Assembly (NCBI GenBank): GCA_963663385.2 | Contig: CAXXXD010000004.1 | Span: 1,120,001 to 1,184,000, forward strand | Length of the DNA stretch: 64,000 bases | Direction of reading: 5' to 3' | DNA from: Oceanispirochaeta sp. | GTDB lineage: Bacteria > Spirochaetota > Spirochaetia > DSM-2461 | Shown: in pieces, positions 10,301 to 19,243 of the stretch | How the letters are laid out: every line of letters starts with the position of its first letter | Numbering within the stretch: position 1 is the first letter of the stretch | The notes under the pieces: generated by a model | Database searches by the model: none | What the model was told of the DNA's origin: nothing | What the model saw: the letters and a program-made list of their open reading frames with translations, nothing else | Made by a program: the position numbers and the translations under genes

Positions 10301-10718
10301 TCTCACCGCCATGGGGGATTACTGCCGGGATCAGCATTGGGATTACTCCTTTATTACCGGGCAGACCGCAGACCGGGCGGAGGAAATCCGCCGCTTTCAG
10401 GAAGAAGAGGATATAAGGATATTCCTGTTAAGCCTTAAAGCCGGAGGAGTCGGTATCAATCTTACAGCGGCAGACTATGTTGTCCTTTTTGATCCATGGT
10501 GGAATCCTGCGGCAGAACGGCAGGCCATCGACCGGGCCCACCGGATGGGGCAGACTCGAAAAGTCATCTCCTACAAGATGATTGTCCGCGATACCATTGA
10601 AGAGAAAATACTGATGATGCAGGAAGAGAAAACGGCCCTTATGGAAGGGATCATCTCTGATGAACAGGGATTCTTCGGTACTTTGAAAGAGGATGAAATT
10701 GTCAATCTTTTTGAGTAG
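7395..10718 (+). CDS. SWIM zinc-finger / SNF2-family helicase
   Basis: CECGSEDPCVH (SWIM), LADDMGLGKT, DEAH, TGTPIEN, DPWWNPAAERQAIDRAHRMGQ. Confidence 0.92.
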   Translation: MRILPDEISENRIFQSHLPEARAFTRENRVYNLKQTDTELKGFVLGGEPMPHEVLLRYRPEPEGKGQYLWRCECGSEDPCVHLASLILRSADLGLDKEHWLSLLENRISSAVPAAFPVDDGEGLSLFSGDLFSGGSQDRKQNTVSAAVREAPADHSDIPLFMNLGEDDFLLQQEAPRYDLVFTLTESPGEGILVRPALIRLREGVRSGGIARYKASRPVSPPAGAALKLLNLLTEEENDSLPLEKCLPLVLEQGELFTTAKDGVSVFHADSVEVVFRFQELLGDDRPLYAPEFRFTGGAPEDETRDGLKDTFVLRDYRKLIIRSGRVFCLDQREGRLIVLKEDSNTSFFLNLLLSKSQGFLAADIRGVLRLAKDLNNHCLILNENYPPVSIRRAEPACVLKLRSRQDKTELFFFFRYGSTDIAYQNQTFWLPPEAPDSAGVLLIQKRNRERESELVQEVVERFTDYLSFEKGYYARLVNENREGDLRLDLSLEEFLACYAKSLHEAGVELQLEDRKISGAGAVRFNVKGKTDWLEVDAMVEDPDTEELRSLFFDDHFQTLGLISTGNSYIKLKDAQLRQLEYLRRQGMSDDGQLETSSANFSLVDHIYEQVMDREDSPVEDVVSRARDLRLTFEQDLLPQPETVQATLRPYQLTGYNWLRKLHDMNCMGCLADDMGLGKTLQTLSLLQSLKEKGGLKTSLLVAPVVTLANWESEIARFTPDLGFYRHAGSNRHDSAELFRQYDLVIVSYHTLRNDVDIFLDMAFDYIILDEAHYIKNASSVIFKAIRSLKSSHRLSLTGTPIENNTLELWSQFNFLSPGLLGSQKEFIERFAQPIEKKNDKEALSILRDTVSPFILRRKKEDVLDDLPPKEIIVHYSEMTGSQAELYHKYRDYYRARVKGLLDEKGLAGSSMQIFQFLLKLRQLAIYPPMTGPEGADAGSCKMDALKALLEEVLEEDHKILIFSQFLGSLTAMGDYCRDQHWDYSFITGQTADRAEEIRRFQEEEDIRIFLLSLKAGGVGINLTAADYVVLFDPWWNPAAERQAIDRAHRMGQTRKVISYKMIVRDTIEEKILMMQEEKTALMEGIISDEQGFFGTLKEDEIVNLFE

Positions 10719-11074
10719 ATGATTTTACTCAGCTTTTAAAAAGGGGAACCGGGAGGGATTCGTCGTTGGGACTGCAGCAAAGGCAGCCGGATCAGACTTC
10801 TCTATTAATTATACATAGGAGAAATTCAAAGTAAAAAGGAATGGTGGGGGCATGAATACTGCGCAGCTACTGCCAGAACTCGTCATCCGCTTTATATCCG
10901 ATCGGAAAGGAAGAACTCATTTTTCTGCTTGATCCGGAATCAGTATTAAGGGCTTTTTGAATCGGATCTATCTCCTGAAGCCGGGCAGTCAGGCATAAAC
11001 TCTTCAATAAAACTTTCAAAAATTGCTCTGATGTCTTTATTTGTCTTTTATAGTCCATTATTGTCCATTTGCTA

Positions 11075-11103
11075 TTGATGGTTTATTCGAAAAATGGTAA
11101 GTT
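11075..11103 (+). promoter_or_regulatory. Candidate sigma70 promoter giving a leaderless or near-leaderless mRNA for the RGPP ORF
   Basis: TTGATG, 17 bp, TAAGTT with extended TG; ATG 11112 lies 8 nt after the -10 box and has no SD. Confidence 0.4.
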
Positions 11104-11111
11104 CATCCTGT

Positions 11112-11468
11112 ATGAAGAGGTTCTGTCTGTTTTTTACAGTGCTATTATTCTCTCTCTCGCTGATTGGTGAAGATCTGTTCTTCTCCGGTCCGGTTTTTTT
11201 TGCCGGATCAACGGACGTTTTCCTTTCCACAGACAACTCTGAGCTTCCCTCCGGAAATACCGATGCGGTTGAGCTTCTGCTGGAAGAGGAGGAGGAAGAG
11301 AGCGAGGAAGAGGCGGAACTCCACCGCGCTGCGGGTCCGCAGGCTTTTCCCCCTGTAGAATATCAACCACTTCAAAGATACGGCTGCAGCCGACTCCGGT
11401 ACCTGCAGACTCTGTTTACTCCCTTTGAACAGAACCCCATTCTTTCTTTAAGAGGACCCCCCTGCTGA
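11112..11468 (+). CDS. Exported/membrane-targeted leader protein with acidic tract and C-terminal RGPP (candidate ribosome-arrest peptide)
   Basis: MKRFCLFFTVLLFSLSLIG signal-like N-terminus, LEEEEEESEEEAE tract, ends ILSLRGPPC-stop. Confidence 0.65.
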   Translation: MKRFCLFFTVLLFSLSLIGEDLFFSGPVFFAGSTDVFLSTDNSELPSGNTDAVELLLEEEEEESEEEAELHRAAGPQAFPPVEYQPLQRYGCSRLRYLQTLFTPFEQNPILSLRGPPC

Positions 11469-11509
11469 TTCCTTTCCTGACAGACTGATAAAAATAACGA
11501 AAAGGAATC
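11467..11509 (+). promoter_or_regulatory. Anti-SD stem occluding the RBS of the CBS gene
   Basis: GATTCCTTT (11467-11475) is the exact reverse complement of AAAGGAATC (11501-11509), which contains the AAGGA SD upstream of ATG 11514. Confidence 0.6.
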
Positions 11510-11513
11510 TTAA

Positions 11514-11972
11514 ATGAAAAATATATCTCTCGCCGAATTGCTGGATCAACGGGATATCCCTGTGTTCAATGAACAGGCCAGCCTGGAAGACCTTATTATG
11601 TATGACAGGGAACAGAGCTGCTGTTCTCACTACTATTTCACAAATAGGGAAGGGGTTCTGACCGGTATTCTCAGTAAACAGAAAATACTGGAGTTTTTAA
11701 GCTCCCTGTTCTTTCTGGTGGACAAAAACCAGGAAGACCGGCTGGCTGAGACCCTTGCCACAGTAAAAGTCCGTCCTCTTATGGATACTCATGTCCCTTC
11801 CCTGCGTTTAAATCAGAGCCTGCCCCAGGGAGTGGAAACCCTGCTCCTTTCCGGTTACAGCGCCCTGCCGGTTCTGGATGACAAACGGAGGCTGATAGGG
11901 GAGGTCTCCCGGGATTCCCTGCTGGGTATCATTCCCCTGAGACAGCGGGAGGTTCGTTATGCAGTTTCGTAA
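11514..11972 (+). CDS. CBS-domain protein
   Basis: GVLTGILS and ALPVLDDKRRLIGEVS CBS-type motifs. Confidence 0.75.
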   Translation: MKNISLAELLDQRDIPVFNEQASLEDLIMYDREQSCCSHYYFTNREGVLTGILSKQKILEFLSSLFFLVDKNQEDRLAETLATVKVRPLMDTHVPSLRLNQSLPQGVETLLLSGYSALPVLDDKRRLIGEVSRDSLLGIIPLRQREVRYAVS

Positions 11973-12855
11973 ATATCTGACCGAGGACTCTGTGTTCCTG
12001 GATCAGGATTTTTCCTCGGTAACGGAAGCACTGGATTTCCTCTCGCGGGAGTTTGCCCGCCGAACCGGTCTGGGGGAATCATTTGTGCGGAATCTGCTTC
12101 AGGAACGTGAGGATCTCAGTCCTACCTGGATTGGTTCAGGGACTATGCTGCCCCATAATCATCACCCTGAGGTTAAGGACCTGGTGATGATATTTATCCG
12201 CTGCCGGAAACCTTTTGCCCTGGATGACGGTAATGAGGTCCGTTATATATTTTCCATTCTTACGCCCGGTTCACAGGAGCAGCTCTATCTGGGCATTCTG
12301 CAGGGCATCGGTCAGCTTGTTCAGAACAGGTCCGACAGGATTGACAGCTGCCGTATCCCGGCCGACCTCTTTGACCTGCTGCAGGGGGAATCCTTTCTGA
12401 TGGGTGCTCCCATTACGGCATCGGATCTGGCCAAGGACTGGCCCCGCATCTACCGGGATGATCCGCTTTCCAAAGCGCTGGACCTTATGAAGAAGCATGA
12501 TGTATACCTTCTGCCGGTTTTTACCGGCGAAGGCGGAGTGCTGTGCGGCGTACTGGATCTGGTGGATCTTCTGAAAGCCGGATTCCCTGACTATGTTTTC
12601 AGTCTCTATGACTTTTCCATGATTAATGATTTTCAGCCCCTGAAATACTTCTGGAGAAATGAAGGAGCCCTGAAGGCCGGAGCTTATGCACGGGATCACA
12701 GACCCTATCTGATCCGGGAAGATGCTTCCTACCCGGAGGTCTTCTTCCTGATGATTAAAGGAGGCCGGAGGCATCTGCTGGTCATCAACAGCCTGGATGA
12801 GCTGGTCGGAATCATCCATCCCAAAGAAATAATTCATACGATGCTGAGGCCGTAA
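11959..12855 (+). CDS. PTS EIIA (Fru/Ntr-type) domain fused to a CBS pair
   Basis: EREDLSPTWIGSGTMLPH (EIIA His motif), then LLPVF..GVLCGVL and HLLVINSLDELVGII. Confidence 0.75.
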   Translation: MQFRKYLTEDSVFLDQDFSSVTEALDFLSREFARRTGLGESFVRNLLQEREDLSPTWIGSGTMLPHNHHPEVKDLVMIFIRCRKPFALDDGNEVRYIFSILTPGSQEQLYLGILQGIGQLVQNRSDRIDSCRIPADLFDLLQGESFLMGAPITASDLAKDWPRIYRDDPLSKALDLMKKHDVYLLPVFTGEGGVLCGVLDLVDLLKAGFPDYVFSLYDFSMINDFQPLKYFWRNEGALKAGAYARDHRPYLIREDASYPEVFFLMIKGGRRHLLVINSLDELVGIIHPKEIIHTMLRP

Positions 12856-14130
12856 ATGACAATACATATGATAATTGCCCTTTTGATTTTTATAGTGGTG
12901 TATGCCCTTTTTATTCTGGAAAAAGTGAATAAGGCTGTAGCGGTGCTTTTCGGTGCTTCCCTCTATCTGGCTTTTCACTTTATCCCCTTTCATGAAGCGG
13001 TGGAACATATAGATGTGAATGTCATCTTCCTTCTGATAGGAATGATGCTGATTGTGCGGATAAGCGAGCAGAGCGGTATTTTCGAATACGCCGCCATTCG
13101 CAGCGCCAAGCTTGTAAATGCGGATCCCATTCGGTTTCTTGCGGTGCTGTTTCTGATGACAGCTTTTTTCTCTGCCGTACTGGATAATGTAACAACAGTA
13201 CTGCTGATATCACCTGTGACTCTTCTGCTGACGACTCAGATGGAAATCCCCGCCCTGCCATTCGTTATTACCGAGATTATAGCTTCCAATGTGGGAGGGA
13301 CCGCGACCCTGATAGGTGATCCTCCCAATATAATGATCGGTTCGGCGGCAAAACTCAGTTTTATGGATTTTCTTCTCAATCTGGCTCCTGTGGTACTCGG
13401 TATTTCCTTTGTTATTCTCGGTTTTATGATTCTGATTTTCCGGAAGGATCTGCAGATAAGCGAACTGAACAGGCACCGGATCCTTGCGATGGATGAGAAA
13501 AAGATGATTCATAACCCTGCTCTGATGAAAAAATCCCTTATTGTGCTCTCATCGGTGGTTATAGGGTTTCTGGTTCACGGCTTTATAGAACTGGAACCCA
13601 GTATTATAGCCCTGGCGGGGGCCTGTGTACTGATTGTCTGGTCCGATGAAGATCTGGAGGACCTTCTCAAGAAGATCGAATGGGACACAATCCTGTTTTT
13701 TGTGGGCCTTTTCATTATGGTGGGTGTACTGGAATATGCCGGTATTATTGGAACCCTGGCAGACAGGATGATCGCCCTGACAGGAGGGAATCTTCAAAAG
13801 ACGAGCCTTGTTCTGCTCTTCTCTTCGGGGATCTTCTCGGGGATTCTGGACAATATTCCTCTTGTAGCGACTTTCATCCCCATCGTGAAGATTATCGGTC
13901 ATTCCGCCGGCAGGGGAGAGCTTGGTCCTGTCTGGTGGAGCCTGGCTCTGGGCTCCTGTCTGGGCGGAAACGGAACCCTGGTAGGAGCTTCGGCCAATGT
14001 GATCATGTTCGGTTTTGCCAAAAAGAATAATGTGGATCTCTCCTTTGGAGGGTATCTGAAATTCGGCATACCTATGACTATCCTGTCTCTGGGGCTCTCC
14101 TGGCTTTATATTCATTACAGGTATTACTGA
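12856..14130 (+). CDS. ArsB/NhaD (IT superfamily) permease
   Basis: LDNVTT, ASNVGGTATLIGDPPNIMIG, LDNIP, LGGNGTLVGASAN. Confidence 0.9.
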   Translation: MTIHMIIALLIFIVVYALFILEKVNKAVAVLFGASLYLAFHFIPFHEAVEHIDVNVIFLLIGMMLIVRISEQSGIFEYAAIRSAKLVNADPIRFLAVLFLMTAFFSAVLDNVTTVLLISPVTLLLTTQMEIPALPFVITEIIASNVGGTATLIGDPPNIMIGSAAKLSFMDFLLNLAPVVLGISFVILGFMILIFRKDLQISELNRHRILAMDEKKMIHNPALMKKSLIVLSSVVIGFLVHGFIELEPSIIALAGACVLIVWSDEDLEDLLKKIEWDTILFFVGLFIMVGVLEYAGIIGTLADRMIALTGGNLQKTSLVLLFSSGIFSGILDNIPLVATFIPIVKIIGHSAGRGELGPVWWSLALGSCLGGNGTLVGASANVIMFGFAKKNNVDLSFGGYLKFGIPMTILSLGLSWLYIHYRYY

Positions 14131-14162
14131 TCCTTCTCTTTTTTTCTCCCCATCCCACCGTT

Positions 14163-14184
14163 CCCCCTCGACTACGCTCGGGGG
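14163..14184 (+). repeat. Short palindromic intergenic repeat, copy 3
   Basis: CCCCCTCGACTACGCTCGGGGG after the permease stop. Confidence 0.6.
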
Positions 14185-14275
14185 ACGCTGGGAAAATAAA
14201 AATCTGCCGTTTGCTTTTTGCCGCCTTATCTCTTACCATTAATTAGATACATAATGATAAGCGAGGGGTATTTAA

Positions 14276-16111
14276 ATGATGAAACAGCGTTCTGTTCTGT
14301 TCAAAATAGCTGTCCCCAGTGTATCTTTCATTGTTGTTCTTATTGCGGCAGTCTGTTTTATAGCCTACCAGTCCACATTTGACAGTTTGTTTGTTGTCTA
14401 TAAAACCCAGCTGGACAGTACCAGCCGGGATATAAACAGGCAGCTGGATGATTTCTATACAGCCCAGCTGGATACGGCTGCTTCCATAGCCGGCAACACA
14501 CTTCTGGGAAAGGTGCTGGAGCAGAATGATCAGGATGCTCTTGATGAGTATCTGGGTTCTGTAACGGAGAGTCTTTCCGTATTTGAAACCATCCTGATCC
14601 TGGATACCTCCACAGGGCGTATTGCGGGGGATAATCAAAAGGGTTCTTTCCGTAATCTCAAGCTGGAGGAGGCGTTTCCCGAACTGACAGACACAGAGTA
14701 TAAAAGGGGAGAACAGTCTTTCAGCGCTCCCTTTGTCTCCACATCAACAGGTTGTCCGGTTGTGCTTGTCAAGCAGAGTCTGGGAGTAACAGGCGGTTAT
14801 GAGCTTTTCACAACATTCAATCTGGGAAGATTTACGGCAGGGACACTGGTTCATGCGGTTATCGGCATTACAGGATATCCCTTTGTCTGCAATCTGGAGG
14901 GGATTACAGTGGCACACCCCAATCCTGCCAATATTATGACCCTGAATCTAATGGATTTCGAGTTCGGCCGGACCATGATGAGTTCTCCCGACGGCACCCT
15001 TATCGAGTATCTGTGGGAAGGAAAGGACAAAATCCTCTCTATCGCCCGGAATGACAGTCTGGGACTGGTTACGGGAACCACAATGTATGTGGATGATATC
15101 AAACAGGCCGCATCGGCGGTAAGCCGAAATCTTGGCCTGACCGGTATCGGAGCTGTTCTGCTGCTGGCGGGCCTATTGATTTCTCTGTTTATGAAAGTCG
15201 TTACCCGGCCTTTAAAGCATGCTGTGGAAATATCCGAGTCTGTGGCGAAAGGGGATCTGACCGTGGAGTTTACGGTGACACAGAATGATGAGATCGGGCG
15301 GCTCCAGCAGTCTCAGAAAGATATGGTAAGAGCTTTGAATTCCATTATTGCAGAAGTCACAAACGGATCGGAGACAGTGGCTGCCGGCAGCCAGCAGATG
15401 AGCGCGTCAGCCGTTCAGGTTTCTCATGGAGCGAATACCCAGGCTGCCGGAGTGGAAGAGGTGGCCGCCTCAATAGAGCAGATTACAACAAATATACAGC
15501 AGACCGCTGAAAATGCAGGGCAGACAGAGCTTATCGCCAGGAATGTGGCCAGCAGCGCTGGTGAGAGCTGTAAGGCTGTGAATGAGGCCCTGGAAGCCGT
15601 CAGCCGCATTAACCAGGAAATTGCGGTCATTGGAGAGATTTCCCGGTCTACCAATATGCTGGCCCTGAATGCCGCCATCGAAGCAGCCCGGGCAGGTGAA
15701 TCAGGTAAGGGTTTTGCGGTTGTGGCAGCCGAAGTCAGGAAGCTGGCGGAAAAAAGCTCCCGTTCGGCAGATCTGATAATGGATCTGTCCCGGCATACGG
15801 TGGATTCCGCCCGGAGAGCCTCGGAAATGCTGAATTCTCTGATGCCGGAAATCAACAGGACCGCTTCTCTGGTACAGGACATCAGTCTGGCCAGCAGGGA
15901 ACAGCATATGGGTGTTGTTCAGATCAATCAGGCGGTTCAGCAGCAGGACCATATTATCCAGCAGAATGCCAGCGTATCCGAGGAGCTGACAGCAACGGCT
16001 GAAAATCTGGCCGGACAGGCCTCGGGTCTGCTGGAAGCTGTCCGGTACTTTCAGGTGGAGGAAAACCGGTATCTTCGGGAACAGCCGAAATCGGCTTTGA
16101 TTGACGGCTGA
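14276..16111 (+). CDS. Methyl-accepting chemotaxis protein (Cache-HAMP-MCP signal)
   Basis: Two TM segments, GYPF..VAHP Cache motif, HAMP (NDEIGRL), [26 protein letters not shown]. Confidence 0.93.
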   Translation: MMKQRSVLFKIAVPSVSFIVVLIAAVCFIAYQSTFDSLFVVYKTQLDSTSRDINRQLDDFYTAQLDTAASIAGNTLLGKVLEQNDQDALDEYLGSVTESLSVFETILILDTSTGRIAGDNQKGSFRNLKLEEAFPELTDTEYKRGEQSFSAPFVSTSTGCPVVLVKQSLGVTGGYELFTTFNLGRFTAGTLVHAVIGITGYPFVCNLEGITVAHPNPANIMTLNLMDFEFGRTMMSSPDGTLIEYLWEGKDKILSIARNDSLGLVTGTTMYVDDIKQAASAVSRNLGLTGIGAVLLLAGLLISLFMKVVTRPLKHAVEISESVAKGDLTVEFTVTQNDEIGRLQQSQKDMVRALNSIIAEVTNGSETVAAGSQQMSASAVQVSHGANTQAAGVEEVAASIEQITTNIQQTAENAGQTELIARNVASSAGESCKAVNEALEAVSRINQEIAVIGEISRSTNMLALNAAIEAARAGESGKGFAVVAAEVRKLAEKSSRSADLIMDLSRHTVDSARRASEMLNSLMPEINRTASLVQDISLASREQHMGVVQINQAVQQQDHIIQQNASVSEELTATAENLAGQASGLLEAVRYFQVEENRYLREQPKSALIDG

Positions 16112-16179
16112 TTAATATTGTGCCTTCCTGCTCATTATAGTTTACAATAGGCAGTATGATGAATCTTGCGTAAAGGAGA

Positions 16180-16851
16180 ATGAGTATGAAGGCATCCATT
16201 CAGGGGAATCCGTCTTTCAGCCATGTGCATATCGATCTGGATCCAGGTGAGAGCATTACCGCAGAAAGCGGCGCCATGCAGTCCATGGCAGCCCGGCTGG
16301 ATATGAAAGCCGTATCAAACGGCGGGTTTTTTTCCGCTCTGGGAAAGAAAATCTTCGGAGGCGAATCCTATTTTGTCAATCAGTTCACCAATAGGGGCAG
16401 CGCCCCCATGCGCGTTACCATCTCCCAGGATGTTCCCGGAGAAATCCGGGCGCTGAAACTGGACGGTACTCGGGATATCTGCCTTCAGAAAGGCTCCTAC
16501 CTGGCCCATTCGGGGGATATAAAACTCAAAGCATCCTGGGCCGGTTTTATCTCCTGGTTCTCAGGGGAGGGCCTTGTCAAACTGAAGGCATCAGGGAACG
16601 GTACCCTCTGGTTCGGCGCCTACGGCGGAATTATTGAAAGAAGAGTGGAGGGGAGTCTTAAAGTGGACGACGGCCACCTGGTTGCCTATGATCCCTCTCT
16701 GAAACTGAAAGTCGCCCTGGCGGGGGGATTGTTCTCCAGTTTCTTCGGAGGCGAGGGATTCGTTACGAAAGTCAGGGGCAGCGGTACGGTTTATATACAG
16801 ACCCGCAGTCTGAGGGGCCTGGCATCCTGGCTGAATCCCAAATTCCGGTAG
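16180..16851 (+). CDS. AIM24 / TIGR00266 family protein, paralogue 1
   Basis: LDPGESITAESGAM, GGESYFVN, VDDGHLVAYD, GGEGFV..GSGTVYIQTR. Confidence 0.85.
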   Translation: MSMKASIQGNPSFSHVHIDLDPGESITAESGAMQSMAARLDMKAVSNGGFFSALGKKIFGGESYFVNQFTNRGSAPMRVTISQDVPGEIRALKLDGTRDICLQKGSYLAHSGDIKLKASWAGFISWFSGEGLVKLKASGNGTLWFGAYGGIIERRVEGSLKVDDGHLVAYDPSLKLKVALAGGLFSSFFGGEGFVTKVRGSGTVYIQTRSLRGLASWLNPKFR

Positions 16852-16866
16852 AGAAAGGAGAGAATT

Positions 16867-17565
16867 ATGCAGATTGAAGTTATAAACCGCCCGGCCAATA
16901 CGGCAGCCAAAGTTCTTCTGGAACCTTCCGAAACCTTTACGGCCGAGGGGGGCGCCATGATTGCCATGTCCGGCGATATGAATCTGGTTACCAGCGTCAA
17001 CAAAAACGAAAAAAGCAAAGGCCGTAAGCTGCTGAAAGGCCTGGCCCGGACGCTGGGGGGAGAAGGGCTCTTTTTGAACCATTTTACAGCCGGCGTGAAC
17101 GGCGGGGATGTCTTTCTGGCCCCTTCCCTTCCCGGGGACCTTGCGGTTATCGAGCTGGACGGCAGCCGGGCCGTCAAAGTGCAGAACGGTTCATTCATGG
17201 CCTATGAAAACGGGGTGAATATGAATATCAGCTGGGAGGGATTCAAGAATGTTTTTTCCGGCGAAAACATGATCTGGCTGGAGATGTCCGGCAGGGGAAA
17301 GGTCCTGATAAATGCGTTCGGGATGATCTACCCGGTTAAAGTGGATGGTGAGTATATTGTGGATACCGGCAATATCGCCGCTTTTGATGAGACCCTGGAG
17401 TTTAAAATCTCCAAAGCGGGAAAGAGTCTTTTCTCCTCTATTATGGGAGGAGAAGGGCTGGTCTGCCGCTTTAAGGGTCGGGGAACCGTCTGGTGTCAGA
17501 CCCATGCAGACAGGGCTTTCGGTACAAAACTGACCCCTCTGCTCACCCCGAAACAGGATAACTAA
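16867..17565 (+). CDS. AIM24 / TIGR00266 family protein, paralogue 2
   Basis: AEGGAMIAM, GGEGLFLN, VDTGNIAAFD, GGEGLVCRFKGRGTVWCQT. Confidence 0.85.
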   Translation: MQIEVINRPANTAAKVLLEPSETFTAEGGAMIAMSGDMNLVTSVNKNEKSKGRKLLKGLARTLGGEGLFLNHFTAGVNGGDVFLAPSLPGDLAVIELDGSRAVKVQNGSFMAYENGVNMNISWEGFKNVFSGENMIWLEMSGRGKVLINAFGMIYPVKVDGEYIVDTGNIAAFDETLEFKISKAGKSLFSSIMGGEGLVCRFKGRGTVWCQTHADRAFGTKLTPLLTPKQDN

Positions 17566-17575
17566 GGAAGGAAAA

Positions 17576-18262
17576 ATGCAGGAAAATAGATCTGACTATA
17601 AATATGATATCGCCTCCGCACCGGATTTCGGGATGGTGAATATTACCGTGCCACAGGGAAAAACCCTCAAGGCCGAAGCTTCGGCCATGGCCTATATGGA
17701 TTCCACCCTTAAAATGAAAACAAAAATGAAGGGCGGCCTGAAAAGGGCCCTGACGGGGGAGAAGCTTTTTATTAATGAGTTTACAGCAGATGCCGGGGAT
17801 GCAGATATAGGTATAGCCCCGGGATGCCCCGGAGATATCGGCCACCTCTACCTGGAGAACGACACGGTTTTTCTGCAGAGTTCCTCCTACCTGGCTTCCT
17901 CTCCGGATCTGGAAACGGGAATCGATTTTCAGGGATTCAAGGGGTTCTTTTCGGGAGAGAAGATTTTTATGATCCGCTGCAGCGGGACGGGAGACCTCTG
18001 GTTCAATACATTCGGCGGGCTGATAGCCATAGATGTCCGGGATAACTATGTGGTGGACACCGGTTACATTGTGGGCTTTACGGAGGGCCTCAGCTACGAT
18101 GTTCGTCCCGTGGCCGGGATGAAGAGCCTGTTTTTTTCCGGAGAGGGGCTGGTCTGCCGCTTTTCGGGAGAAGGAACCGTCTGGATTCAGACCAGGCAGT
18201 CCCCCGCCTTTGTGAGCTGGGCGGACGCCTTCCGGCGGGTTGAGAAAAAGAAGAAGGATTAG
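17576..18262 (+). CDS. AIM24 / TIGR00266 family protein, paralogue 3
   Basis: AEASAMAYM, GEKLFINEF, VDTGYIVGF, SGEGLVCRFSGEGTVWIQTR. Confidence 0.85.
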   Translation: MQENRSDYKYDIASAPDFGMVNITVPQGKTLKAEASAMAYMDSTLKMKTKMKGGLKRALTGEKLFINEFTADAGDADIGIAPGCPGDIGHLYLENDTVFLQSSSYLASSPDLETGIDFQGFKGFFSGEKIFMIRCSGTGDLWFNTFGGLIAIDVRDNYVVDTGYIVGFTEGLSYDVRPVAGMKSLFFSGEGLVCRFSGEGTVWIQTRQSPAFVSWADAFRRVEKKKKD

Positions 18263-18354
18263 TCTGCCGTCAACCGCCGGTTACGACTCATAAAGTATTC
18301 CCATTGAACAGAACTCTGATGATACTGATGAAATTATAAGGAATTTCTGCTAGA

Positions 18355-18561
18355 ATGAAAGTTATGGATAAAACACAGTTACATCCCCAGTTTTTAATGA
18401 ATGAACAGGGTAAAAAAACTTCTGTCCTTCTTCCCGTTGAGGAGTTTTATGAACTTCTTGAAGATCTGGAAGATCTGGCTGTTTGTGCTGAGCGAAGAAA
18501 TGAGCCGACAATTCCCATGGAAGAGGTTATTAAAGAGTTAGGTCTTGAAGACCGTGTATAA
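18355..18561 (+). CDS. Small acidic antitoxin of a type II TA pair
   Basis: GKKTSVLLPVEEFYELLEDLED..EPTIPMEEVIKELGL; overlaps the downstream RelE gene. Confidence 0.75.
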   Translation: MKVMDKTQLHPQFLMNEQGKKTSVLLPVEEFYELLEDLEDLAVCAERRNEPTIPMEEVIKELGLEDRV

Positions 18562-18808
18562 AATTGAATTCAAAAAATCAGCCTTGAAAGAGTTGAAAAA
18601 GCTTCCCCGGAAGGAACAAATTTCAATTTTATCAGCGATTAAAAAACTGGCGGAGAATCCCATACCTGTGGGATACAAGAAAATGGTCGGGTCAGAATCC
18701 ACGTACAGAATCAGGGTTGGTAATTATAGAATCATTTACAATATCTACAAGAAAGAACTCTTTATAGAAATTATACGGGTCGGCCATAGAAAAGATATAT
18801 ATCGCTGA
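18554..18808 (+). CDS. RelE/ParE family toxin
   Basis: YKIEFKKSALKELKKL, YRIRVGNYRIIY, IRVGHRKDIYR; GTG start. Confidence 0.9.
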   Translation: MYKIEFKKSALKELKKLPRKEQISILSAIKKLAENPIPVGYKKMVGSESTYRIRVGNYRIIYNIYKKELFIEIIRVGHRKDIYR

Positions 18809-18910
18809 GTTTAAAAGCCTTTTTCATGTTAAGCGTTGGTTCGGCCTGCGGTTACTGCCGGAAAAACTTCTTCAACGTGAAATGTCATTCCGGCGAAAAA
18901 TAAAATCATG

Positions 18911-18969
18911 TCATAACAAGTATGTTGCTGCCGTTTCCCTTCGGTCACAGCAGAACAATGGTGTTATGA
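18911..18969 (+). other. Integron attC-like recombination site (59 bp)
   Basis: R'' TCATAAC, 6 nt, L'' GTTGCTGC (one extra base), variable stem-loop, L' GCAGAAC, 6 nt, R' GTTATGA. Confidence 0.7.
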
Positions 18970-18976
18970 TTTTATT

Positions 18977-19243
18977 CTATGCTAATATAACCTGCAGTAG
19001 AATAACCATTCCCATCACTAAAGCCATCATTATGAAAATAGCCCAAAATTGATTATTGAAACACTTTCTCTGAAAATAAGGATAAAGTGTCCAAATACAA
19101 AGAAAAAATAATGGTATTCCAAGTAAAGTAGTTGGAAGTAAGTTGTATCTTTCCCTCATGAAGCTAAAAAAAGGTTCTAAGTGAGAAATTAACTTATCAA
19201 TGTAGAATCTCTTTGTTAAAAATCTAGGTAAAAAATCACTCAT
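18977..19243 (-). CDS. Small two-TM protein, candidate Rhs immunity protein
   Basis: 88 aa, two hydrophobic helices, ATG overlaps the Rhs stop, AT-rich. Confidence 0.55.
   Translation of the reverse strand: MSDFLPRFLTKRFYIDKLISHLEPFFSFMRERYNLLPTTLLGIPLFFLCIWTLYPYFQRKCFNNQFWAIFIMMALVMGMVILLQVILA

Noticed and set aside
10867..11058. 63-aa minus-strand ORF between SNF2 and the RGPP ORF
   Set aside because: No recognisable motif or SD; cannot be supported
18361..18367. GTTATGG as the 5' boundary of a TA cassette
   Set aside because: One mismatch to the expected GTTATGA, overlaps the antitoxin start and would exclude its promoter; chance match is likely
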